Source: Gracilinanus agilis (Eukaryota). Taken from it: 64,000 nt of DNA. Position numbers and translations under genes: made by a program. The notes under the pieces are model-generated. The model worked only from the letters and a program-made list of their open reading frames with translations, was not told the origin of the DNA and did not search any database. Where the stretch lies: contig NC_058132.1 of assembly GCF_016433145.1 (NCBI RefSeq), forward strand, positions 30,782,437 through 30,846,436. Direction: 5' to 3'. The number at the start of each line of letters is the position of its first letter. The first letter of the stretch is position 1. Shown piece after piece: positions 33,701 to 45,700 of this stretch.

Positions 33701-36700
33701 CTTTTCTCCAGACCTCCTGCTCCAGGGTAGGGGCTCGTGGATCATGTGGGCTGCTCCTACTACATGACTGTCCTGCCAATTTCTCTAGTCCTATTCTTTC
33801 TGCTACACCCACCCTGAGTCTTCCTGTGACCCTTAGGGTGCCCACAGCTTTCATTCTCCAAAGAACATGGTATTCCAAAGCCCTGTAGCCATACAGTCAT
33901 CGATCTCCTTCCTCTGTGATCTGCACTCTTATTCCACCTCAGCATACACAAGGAGTCCCATCACCCCATCCCTAGACATCCCTTTCCAAACTCCACCCCT
34001 GGATGGCTCTCCCCATGGACCTCTTCCCCTCTGCTCACATGTGGCTGCACACCTCTGGAGAACATCCCACAAACATCCTTTCACTGTTCCCTGGTCAATT
34101 CCCTACAGAGGTGATAAAAGAGCATTTCCCAAGTACTGGTTCCAAATCTTCCCTCCCCCTATGCAGAAGACCATGCCTCATACTCCATCAAAAAAAGTAA
34201 AATTGTTCTAAGTGTCTTCCTCCCCGAGTCATTTCTGCTCTTCCAGTCATTGTGACACCATCTGCCCCACATCACCCTCTTCTTTGCTCCAGTCTCAGAA
34301 AACAAAGCACTCTTTCTCCTTGCCAAAGCCAATCCCTTTGCTTGGGCCCTGAATTTCCTCTCTCCCGGAACCCAATTTTCCTCCAAGAAATTGCCTTTTC
34401 AAAGATTTCATCTCTCCCTAATTTTATTTCTTTTTTAAAAATGTTTTTGTTTCTCATGTCATCATAGTGTCTCATGTATCCCTCTCCTTTCCTTCCCTTT
34501 GAGTCATTCCATATAAAAAATAATCTTTTTTAGAGGGAACCCCCCACCCCACCCCAAACTGGTCAATACATTGAAAAAGTCCCAAAACATGGGGAATGAA
34601 CAACAATTGTAGATCTCCCATCTCCATGAAGGGGCAAGTTGGGGGAGACTTCTAATGGCTCTTCATTCAAATCCCTCTTGATCATTATGATTTTGTACAT
34701 TTGCTTTTGGCTTTTTGGTGTGCCACTATTCTTTCCATCTACATTACTACTGTTACTATATATATTGTTTTCTTGGCGCTGCCTCAGTTCACAGCCTTTT
34801 CCATGATTCTCTATACTCACATACCACCTTTCTTAGAGCACAGTAATATTCCATTACATTTATATACTGCAAATTGTTTAGCCATTACCCAACTGAACAA
34901 CTTTTTTGTTTTCAATTCTTCACTATCACAAAAAATATTACTATACCTATTTTGGAATACATGGGGGCTTTTTTCACATTAAAGGCTTCCCTGGGGTTTA
35001 AGATCAGTAAGGGAGTCTCTGTTCAAAGGATATGGTCACTTTATTTGCATAGTTCCAAATGGTTTTTCAAAATTATTCTATAACTTCAGAGCTCTACCAA
35101 CAATGTACTGGTGACTACTGTCATTTTTGCCATTTTGCAGGGAGTGAGGTAAAATTGCGGGGTTGTTTTGAACCACATTTCTTATTGTTATTGATTTAGA
35201 ACATTTTTTTCATGTGGCTGTGAATATTTTACAATTCTCCTTAGTTGTTCAAATCCTTTGATCATTTCTCTAAGGAATGGCTCTCAAGTCTATATATATT
35301 CATTGTTTATATATCCTGGATACCAGACCTATATCACAGAAATCTGACAAAGATTCTTTTCCCATCTGACCATTTCCCTTCTCATCTCAGATGCATTCAT
35401 GTGACCTGTGCAGAAACTTTTCAGGTTCAAGTAATCAAAGTTATCTATTTTACTTTTGGTAATTAGCTCTATCTTGTTTAAGAATATGTATATTTGGGGG
35501 CAGCTGGGTAGCTCAGTGGATTGAGAGCCAGGCCTAGAGACGGGAGGTCCTAGGTTCAAATCTGACCTCAGACACTTCCCAGCTGTGTGACCCTGGGCAA
35601 GTCACTTGACCCCCATTGCCTACCCTTACCTCTCTTCTGCCTTGGAGCCAATACATAGTATTGACTCCAAGACGGAAGGTATGGGTTTAAAAAAAAAAAA
35701 AAAAGAATATGTATATTTTTTTTAAAAAGAACATATCTATTACCCATAGCTCTGATCTGTTTCTCTTCTATTTTTTAATAGCATGATCTTTAACATAAAG
35801 GTCATATATCCATTTAGAATTGTGACATGTAGTCTAAAGTGTTGGTCAAAGCCTAATTTCTACCAGATTGCTTTCCAGTTTTCCCAGCAATTTTTATCAA
35901 ATAGGCAGTTTTTTCCTAGGTAACTTATGTTTCCCACTTTATCAAATACTGGGTAATTAAGCTCTATTTTTTCTGAATCGCCCTGGTCTAGCCTGTCCCA
36001 TTAATCTCTCTCTGTATTCTTTAACCAATACCAGATGGTTTTTTTTAATAACTGCTGCCTTATAGTATAGTTTGAGGTCTAGAAGTGCTATTCCCTTCAT
36101 TCTTCCTTCATCAATTCCCTTCATAGTCTGTATCTTTTGTTTCTCCAAATGAATTATTATTTTATCATGCTTATATGTAAAGTATCCCCTTGGTAAACTG
36201 ACTGATATAGCATTGAATTTTAATTAATGTTGGCAGTACTGTCATTTTTATCACATCAGTACGGCCTAGCCATGAGCACTGAATATTACTCCAATTACTT
36301 AGGTTGTTCTTTATTTCTTTAAGGAGCTCTTTGTAATTGAATCTATGCAGATCTTTTGTGTATTCTCGTATAGATATTTTATGCACTTTTATAGTTATTT
36401 GGAATGGAGTTTCCATTTCTATTATTGCTTCTTATATTGTTATTATATAGAAATAATGTTGATTTTTGAGGATTCATTTTGTAGCCTGCCAACTCTGCTG
36501 AAACTATTGTCTCAGCATCTATGCTGATTCTCAGGTTTTTCTAAATAAACCATATCAGCAAACAGGCACAGTTTTATCTCCCCTTTAGCTATCATTCTTT
36601 TAATTCCAATCTCTCATCTTATTGCTATTGTTAGCATTTTTAGAACTATATCAAATAAAAAGTGGGATGAGTAGGCATCCCTGCTTCACTTTTGTATTTC

Positions 36701-39700
36701 TTGGAAAATGTTCTAGTATATCCCCATTGCATATGATGTTTGCATTTGGTTTCAGAAAGATGTTTTTTTTTTATATTTTTTAATGGTCTCTACTAAATCA
36801 CTATGTTTTATAGAATTTCAGACGTAGAAGAGTGTTGTACTTTGTCAAAGGATTTTTATGCATTTATTGAGATGATCATGTGGTTTGTGATGTCTTGGTT
36901 TTTAATGAGATTATGTTGATTATTTTCCTAATGTTAAACCATCTTTGCAACCTCAGTAAAAATCCTACTTGATCATAATGAATGATTTATTAGATAAAAT
37001 TGCTATAGTCTGTTCGATAAGATTTTGTTTAAAGTATCCGGATCAATATTCATTAATTATATTGGCCTATAGTTTTCTTTCTGTACTTTATCTTTCCCTG
37101 GTTTAGCTATTAGGGCTATGTGTCTCATTAAGAGATAGATGGGGTTCTTTCTCAATTTAATTGGAGAAAATTCTCTTGTGAATTCATCAGGGGCAAGAAT
37201 TGGGGGGGGGGGTTCTTTTGGGGGAGAGGGTAGTTCCTTTATGGCTAGATCTATTTGACTGGATTATTTAAGGACTGTATCTGGTCTTCTGATAGTTTGG
37301 ACACTTTATAGTTCTGAAGGTATTCCTGTATTTCTTTTGAATTTTCAGTTTTGTTAGCATATAATTTTTCATAATAGGTTCTGATTATTCTTTTTATTTC
37401 TTCTGGGTTTGCTGTGATTTTACCTTCTTCATTTGTTATTTTATTGATTTGACTTTGTTCTCTTCTTTTTAATCAGATTAATTTTGGATTTTTTCAATTT
37501 TATTAGTCTTTTCTTTTTCTTTCTTTCTTTCTTTTTTAACCCTTAACTTCTGTATATTGGCTCACAGGTGGAAGAGTGGTAAGGGTGGGCAAAGGGGGTC
37601 AAGTGACTTGCCCAGGGTCACAGAGCTGGGAAGTGTCTGAGGCCAGATTTGAACCTAGGACCTCCAGTCTCTGGGCCTGACTCTCACTCCACTGAGCTAC
37701 CCAGCTGCCCCCTTTTCTATTTTTTTTAATGCCTATCTAGTTCATTATTCTCTTTCTATTTTGCTAACGTATGATTGTAAGGATGATTTCCCCCAAGGAT
37801 TATTTTAGCTGGATCCCAGTTATTTTGGTATGTTGTTTCTTCATTATTGTTTTCTTTTACATTTGTTATTAACTGTTTCTATGACTTGTTCTTTGAACCT
37901 CCCATTATTTAAGATTTCAATGTCAAGTCTTTATTTGGGTCTGGATCTTTTGTTTGTACTATTCTTATTGCATAATAGTCTATAAAGGACATACTGACTA
38001 CTTCTGCTTTTTTATATTTGTTTACAATACCTAGCACATGGTAAATTTTTGTTAAAAGTTCCATGTGGTTCAGAGAAGTACATATATTCTTTTGCTGTCC
38101 CATTTAGAAAACACCATAAGTTTTTTAACTCTCCAGAAATTTGTTCAGCTCCATATTTTCCCTTTTATCTATCCTTCTGTTGACTTATCCAAAACTGATA
38201 GAAAGATATTTTTTCTGTCCCTCTCATATTATTTGTTTTTATGTCTTCTTGAAGCTCAGATAATATTTCTCTTATGAATAAGGATGCTAAGGCATATGGA
38301 GTATACAGATTTATTACTGATAATCATTTGTCCTCTATGGTTCCTCTCAGCATAATAGGTTTCTCATTTGTCCCTTTTTTGAATGTTTGCTTTTGATTAG
38401 TCTAATAGCATGATAGCAGCTCCTGATTTTCTGGATTGACTTGACACATAGTATAAATTTTCTCCATCCCTTCAGCTGTACTTTGGGTATGTCTTGGTAT
38501 TTTAAGGTTTCATTTTCTTATCCAACCTATTATTCTTTTTCATTTCACTGAATTGTTTCATCCATTCACATTTAAAGTTATAAGGTTTATATCTTCTTCT
38601 ATCTATTTAAAATTGGGAGAGGGGGTTTGAGTTATGATTTTCCTTCTTTTCTGCTATAAGCACAGTACAGTGATCCCTCACCTATCGCAGGAATTACATT
38701 CCAGAGACCCCCGCAATAGGTGAAAATATGCGAAGTAGCAATGCCATATTTATTTTGTTACTATATAAGGCTTTATAAACCTTTCCCACTCTCCTATAAA
38801 CTTTTTCCACACTCCTATTAACCTTTCCTATATTCTTATAAAATATAAAATGACTGAGCCAATCAGCACCCAGGATACAGAAGACAGTACTATGGTTGGT
38901 CCCGCGATATAGCAAAACTCCACAATACAGAATTAGATATATATTTTTTAAAAACCTGCAATACAGTGAAGCTGTGATAAGTGAACAGTGATGTAGCAAA
39001 GGACAACTGTATTATGTTCCTCCAATTATTTTACTTTCATCTTTTTTTAAGGTGGCCCTATTCTCATGGACTCTTTCTTTTCCCTCTATCCCCTTTTCTC
39101 ATTTTAAACTTTTCCCTTTGAGACTTGGTTTATTTGTTCCTCTCTTCTGCTTTTATCTAGTTCTGTTTCTTCTTTTTTCCTCCCAAACTCATGCCCCTTC
39201 CTTTATTTTTCTTTAGCTAGTTGAGTTTATTAGATTTTTCTAAATTAAATTCTTTTTGTTCCCCTTTTTAAAAAGGCTTTCTCTCACTTTCTTTATTATT
39301 CATCTTCTTTCTCTTTTCTCTAGCTGCTTGTTCTCTGGTTCATGACCCTTGCTTTCTCAAGACCCTCTTTTCTCTGTATTCTTTATACAATAAAGCTTCC
39401 AAGGCATCCAATCTAGGCTCTCCCCCTAGATGCTTTCAACTACTGCCTAGTAAAGCTTCCTCTCAGATTCCCCATTTCCATTGTGTTTTAACTCTCAGAA
39501 CAATGCCAATTAGTGCAGTTGTCAGAGAGAAAAATAATCCTCTCCCACCCTGAACAGATTTATATCCTCTTGTTGACCTTTCCCCCTCCACTTTATTTGC
39601 CTAGAAATCTCTCCCCATTTCCATGTTCTTCCATTCCTCCAGGTACCAGTTGCCCCTGGGTATTCCAACTCCCCTTACTTCCAGATCAAGTAGACTTTTC

Positions 39701-42700
39701 AGACACCAAATTTCCCCCAGGCCTCATCAAGTATAAAGTCTTCCTCTCCCTTCACCCATAGAAGCATTCATCAATGGAATACCTTCCCACTTCCAAAAGC
39801 TTCCTTCCTTCCCTGAACTTATCAATCTTTCCCCTCTCCTCCTCACCCATTTCCCTGCAGTCTCTTCTTTGAGGCCAGAGAGGTTGCCTTCCCTCATTTC
39901 AAGCTCTTGAGTTGACCCCAGTACATCATTCACTCCTCTCTATCCCCCATCTTTCTTCTCCCCCTTTCATGTTTCCTCCAGTGTTGTAATGTAGTCCCCA
40001 AAAAGAAGTATTCGCTTGTAGGCAGGGTGTCCCCAAATTCTATCTACAAAGTTGCCTGCCCTTCTCTTTGCTGTTACCCTACCAGATTTCTACCTGCATC
40101 TCTTTCTGATGTTGCGCTGCACTTCTGTCTGCACTTATTTAGTCCTTCTGCATTTATGTTGTTCAGAATGTCTGAAGTACAAATAATCTCTTCAGTTCTG
40201 ACTTTCTTTATAAAAATGTTTCAAACTCTTCCTTATTACTGACCCTCCATGTTTTTGTTCTGTGTGTTAGGCTCAGATTTACAGGACAGGTCACTCTGGG
40301 CTGTATCTTGAGTTCTGTTACTCTTTGAATACATTATTCCATTCCCTCTCTCTTTCTCTAGTGGGTAGAGAATAGTATTATTGTATTATTCTAATATTTT
40401 TTCCTTTGTATTTGACAGTCTTTCTCTGAATAGTTTGCAGATCTTGTACTGAACTGTATTATTAAATTTAACAACTATGAGTTTAAAGCCTTTTTTTTCT
40501 GGAGGCAATCAGTGAATTCTCTCTTTTCTTTAAAAACAAAAACAAAACAAAAAACCCTTGCTTTCCTTTTTAGAATGTGTTGGTTCTAAAGCAGAAGAAT
40601 GGTAAGGGCTAGAAGAAGAAAGGTAAGAAAGGCTAGGCAATGAAGGTTAAGTGACTTGCCCAAAGCCACACAGCTAGGAAGTATCTGAAGCCAGATTTGA
40701 ACTCAGGATCTCCCATCTCTAGGCCTGGCTCTCAATCCATCAAGCCACCTAGCTGCAACTGCCCCAGCTGAATTCTTTCAATTGGAATTGGAATTTAATT
40801 TTCTATATTCAGAAGTTCTGGGTTGTTCTCTTCTAGTATTTCCTTCATTATGATGTGAAGGATTTTCAGGTTTTCTGGGACACCTATGATTCTTAGGTAG
40901 TTTCTACATACCTCATCTTTTGAGATCTGTATATTTTGCTTGCATCCTAAGCATATTTTCTTTTAATGTTTTTGTTTTTTGCCTTTCTCCCCTCCTTCAC
41001 TTCTATGTATTTGCATTCCCAATTTACTGTTCTCCCTTGGTGAAGCTTGCCATTAGAGACTCAAGATTTTCCTATTCTGCTTCTTATTTCTGCTGTGTAA
41101 GACACAGATTCCACTCTCATTATTCTTATCTCTCTTTTAATCCAATCATGTTCTCCTCAACTTCCACAGGACCTTCTGTCTCATCAAGTATTGAATCATT
41201 TTCCTTTATTTACAGTACTTATTCAGAGATGCCATATTTTCTTCTGTTATTTCTGTCTGTCCTACTGTTTATCTGTTTTCATTCAAGGTCTTTGAGAATT
41301 CCTAAAATCTTTAGTACGTTCAGTCTTCTCTCCTCTTATTTTCCTCATCACTCACTTTTTATTCCTTTCCCTCTGATTCTGGTTTCCTTGGATACTAGAT
41401 CTCAAAGCAAAGCAGCATCTTTCCACACCGAGCAATTCATGCACCAACTTAGTCTCTGCCCCAATTAACTTTTTTTTTATTTTAAATCCTTAACTTCTGT
41501 GTATTGACTTATAGGTAAGAGTGGCAATGGGGGGTCAAGTGACTTGCCCAGGGTCACACAGCTGAGAAGTGTCTGAGGCTGGATTTGAACCTAGGACCTT
41601 CTGTCTCTAGGCCTGGCTCTCAATCCTCTGAGCTACCCAGCTGCCCCCCCCCCAATTAACTTTTGGGTGGTCAGAAGCAGACCCAGTTGGATGCTCTTTC
41701 CCTCACGTTTGGAGTCTTGACGAGCCACCTACGTGTGGTATCCTGTCTTGGTAACCTGACCCACTCCTCTTGTTTCTCAGATCTATGGCCCAGCAAAGGC
41801 AATTCAGAGCTCTGCAGCACTGGTGCTTCCTGATTGCACTCCTTTGGTTCCTGAAGGGCTGGTCTCATCAGTCTCCATCGATCCAACTATCATCTCTATG
41901 CAAATAACACCCAGATCTACAGATCTAGCCCTTACCCTGCTCATAAGATAGCAAGAACTGAGAAACAGAGTTGGAAGGGACCTCAGAAGCTCTGAGTACA
42001 CATCCCTCCTTTTACAGATGAGGAGACCAAGGCCTGCCCAGATAAGTGAAATGAATGACCCCCATAATCTGAGAAGTAAGCTTCAGAGGTGGGATCCTTG
42101 GTCTCAAGTCAGGGCTCTTCCCACTCCCTCCCCAATAAGCTCTAGTTCTCTCTCTCCAAATTCCTTCTGAATTTCTCCACCTCCCTGTCTCACCAGCATC
42201 TCTGATTCCGCAAGTCTAAAACTGGATTCGTTACCTATTCTCCAAAACCACTCCTCGAAACTTCCCTATTTCTACCACCACTCTGACAGTCGTCCTATTT
42301 GCGACCTCGGAGAGTCAGCCTCTACTCATCTGGTTTGCTCTCTCCCTTCAGGTGCCAAGCCTTGCTGATTCTACTTCCTCAAAATCTTTCCTTCTCATGA
42401 CTCCTATCATCATCACCCTAAGCCAGGCCTGCATCACTTCCTACCTGTGGTCTACCACAGGAGCCTCCTAATTGGTCCCCCTGCTTCCAGGCTCTGTCCT
42501 CATCTATCTATTCCTCAGTCAGTCAACAAGTAACATCTCTGACATACGGGTATTCTTAAAGGACAAATCTTTAGTATCTAGAATACAACACCTTCATATT
42601 CCTGAGTTTGGCACTTACAATCCCTCACTATCTGACTGTACCCTTTCCTCCCAAGCTGATGGCACATTACTGCCCCAAACCAACTCTACACTCCAGTCAT

Positions 42701-45700
42701 ATTGCCCGACTTGACGTTTCCCATACACAACAACCTATCTCCCACTTCCATGCCTTTGCACATGACCAGACATATCTGGTCTCCTTTCCCTCTGACCCTC
42801 CTACCCCACCCCTTGTCAGTGCCTCCTTCCAAATGACCACATATTCATTTTGTATCTGCCCCACTCCTTCTTTTCTGTGAACATACATCGTCCCATGAGA
42901 ATGTAAGTTTCTAGAGGTCAGTGACTAGCTCATTTCTTTATCTATCACCCCAATGCCTGGCATTTTTAATAAATACTCATAGATCATAGATTAGATACTA
43001 GTAGATACTCATAATACAGCCTCTCCTGATGACTATTAATATTAAAAAGATGAGCCTTTGTTTCAGGAAGACGTCTAGAGGCCATTAAAAGCACAATGCC
43101 ATTTCCCAAAGGCTATCCAGCCCAGTCTCCTCCTCCTGCTCAAAAACAACAGCCCATCCAAAGTGGCTGTTCTATTTGTGTTCAAGGCAATAACCACCCA
43201 GATTCCAGGTTACACACGAGGGACTCTCCTCCTATCTGGAGAGGTGTTCAAGGTGCCAAGTTTTCAGGTAAAGTCAATGGGGGTTTTTGTTTTGCTTGAA
43301 GAAATATATTTGCTCCAAAGATTTTGTGGTTTTGGTGTTGTTGTTGGTTTTTTGGGGGGGGAGGGGGGGAGGATTTTTCCCAAGATTTTTGATGGGGCAG
43401 GTAGGATAAGGAGTTAGTTCCCCCCCCCAAAAAAAGGAGGGGGAGGGTTTCTCAAGTGTCTTTAAAAGTACAGAAAAGAACAAAATGTCAGAAGGAAACA
43501 CCAATAAGCAGGGCAAGGTTCAAAAGTCACATGCTGAATTTATATATTTAAAAGGAAAGCAAGGTGCAGATAAGAGACTTAAGAGTTCCCCACAGTCTCT
43601 TTTTCTGTTCTACAATGCCCATTTATTGGGTGTTGGCAGGGTTCTCAATGAAAAATCCTTGTCTTGTTCAAGATCTTTGGACTGGCAGGCCAGTTCTGCA
43701 GGTTCTCTAGCCAACTGTCTCCGAGTCAGAAGCCAGATTGTAGATACTGAATTCATCTGTTTTTTTCCTGTTTGAATGGCTATGCTGAATCTCTTTTTGG
43801 AGGCTCTGCAACATTCTGTGCTTGAATATAATCAAGACCACATCACCCACAAACCAGCGAATCCAGGGGAATCTCACCATCTAGAGCTAAGGTTCTTCAG
43901 TTTTTCTTGGTCACAGACTTCCTCTGACAACCCAGTGAAGCTGAGAGACTCCTTTGCAGAATAATGTTTGTAAAGCTCTGAAGGAAGTACTAAATTTTGG
44001 TCTAGATGTGAGTGAAAATAAAGATGTATTCTTCCCACACACATTTAAAAGTCCCCTGCAATTTGCCCATGGACCACAGACTGAGAAACCTCCATCTAGT
44101 CAGAGGCAGGCTAGGCATTACGCTAAGGGCTGAGGATACAAAGAGACAAAAACTAGCTCCTGTCCTAAAGAAGCAAATGTCCAAATGAGGAAGACAATAT
44201 ACAAATAAGCAAGTACACAAAGTCATAGAGAGTAGATGAAAGGGGCAACATCTGAAAGGAGCAAGGAGCAGGCTTCAGCCACTGGGAGGAATCAGTGGGA
44301 AAGATTTAATGAGCTGACATCTTGAAGAGAAGCAAAGAGCCGCAGATGAGGGAGCAAAGCCTTCTAAGGTGGGGCAAACTGCAAAGAGGCCTGGGTAACT
44401 AGACCTTAGGATGTAGGGAGGGGAAGAAGGTACAACAAGACTGAAAAGAGAGGAAAAGGTCACGGTGTAAGAGGCTCCAAATGACAAATAGAAGGCATTA
44501 GAGCTGATTCTGAAGGGTAAAAGAACTCCTAGAGTACACTGAGCAGAAGGGTAGGGAGGAAGGTGACAGAGTCAGACCTATGCTAGGCAATGAGGGTTAA
44601 TCACACAGTTAGGAAGTAACTGAGGTCAGATTTGAACCCAGGATGCCCCATCTCTAGAACTGGCTCTCAATCCACTAAGCTCTCCCCTTCTCCCTCTCTC
44701 CACCTTCCTCCCTTCCCTTATCTTCTATCTTAGAATCAATACTGTATATTGGTACCAAGGCAGAAGATTGGTAAGAACTTGGCAATGCAGGTTTAAGTGA
44801 CTTGCCCAGGATCATATAGCTAGGAATTGTCAGTCAGATTTCAATGCAGAATTTCCCATCTCTGGGACTGGCTTTCTAGTCAATAAGCCATCTAGCTGCC
44901 TCCACACCTATACTTTAAATAAAGCACCTTGGCAACAGAGTAGAGACCAGAGAGGTTACTGTAGCAGTTCAGGAAAAGTCCAGGCAAAAGAAGATGAGGA
45001 CCCAATAAGGCCACAGCTATATATATAGAGAGAGAGAAATACAAACAAGAAATGGTATTTAAATAGAAATAGCAAAGTTTGGCAACAAACTGGTTGTGTG
45101 GAATTAGTGAGAGTGAGGACTTGAGCATCGCACCAAAGTTGTGAGCTGGGGTGACTGGGAGAATGGGGAGGCCATCAATAGTAATAAGGAAATTCAAAAG
45201 AGCGGAGAGTTTAGATAGGCTGAGTTTGAGATGTCCAAAAGGTAGGTTGGGGATGTAAGACTAGAGGTCTTAAAGGGGTCCATAGTCTTCACAGGACTGA
45301 CTAGCAAAGGGGTCCATGATATCCCAAAAGATGAAGAACTAATGGAGCCTGAATGCAGATCAAAGCAGACCACTCTTTGCTTTATTTTCTTCGGGATTTT
45401 TTAAATTGTGTCTTCTTCCACTATAGGAAATATGTTCTGTATGACAGCATATGTATAACCAATGACAAACTGTTTACTGTCTCAGGGAGAAGGAAGGAGA
45501 GGAGGGAGAAAAAAATGTCAAAAACTGTATTTCCATGTAAGTGAGAAAAATGAAACATTACACACACACCCCAAAAAAGGAGGGGGATACTCTCTTCCCC
45601 ATTCTGTGCCACTGATGCTGTTGCATAAATTGCTTATCACCTTGTGGGAAGGAGGAGGGAGGGAAATATGTATCAAAGCACTGATTGACCAAAGGATTAA

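Larger units (their letters stand above)
34420..41460 (-). mobile_element. Decayed near-full-length L1 (ORF1 + ORF2 remnants) with nested insertions; ends approximate
   Basis: Minus-strand remnants [14 protein letters not shown] (35957-36148), [20 protein letters not shown] (36171-36416), [15 protein letters not shown] (37909-38103, endonuclease), GVPEN..EILEEN (ORF1, ~40800-40880). Confidence 0.85.

Noticed and set aside
40920-41468. 182-aa hydrophobic + strand ORF
   Set aside because: Antisense read of the A-rich L1 ORF1 region.
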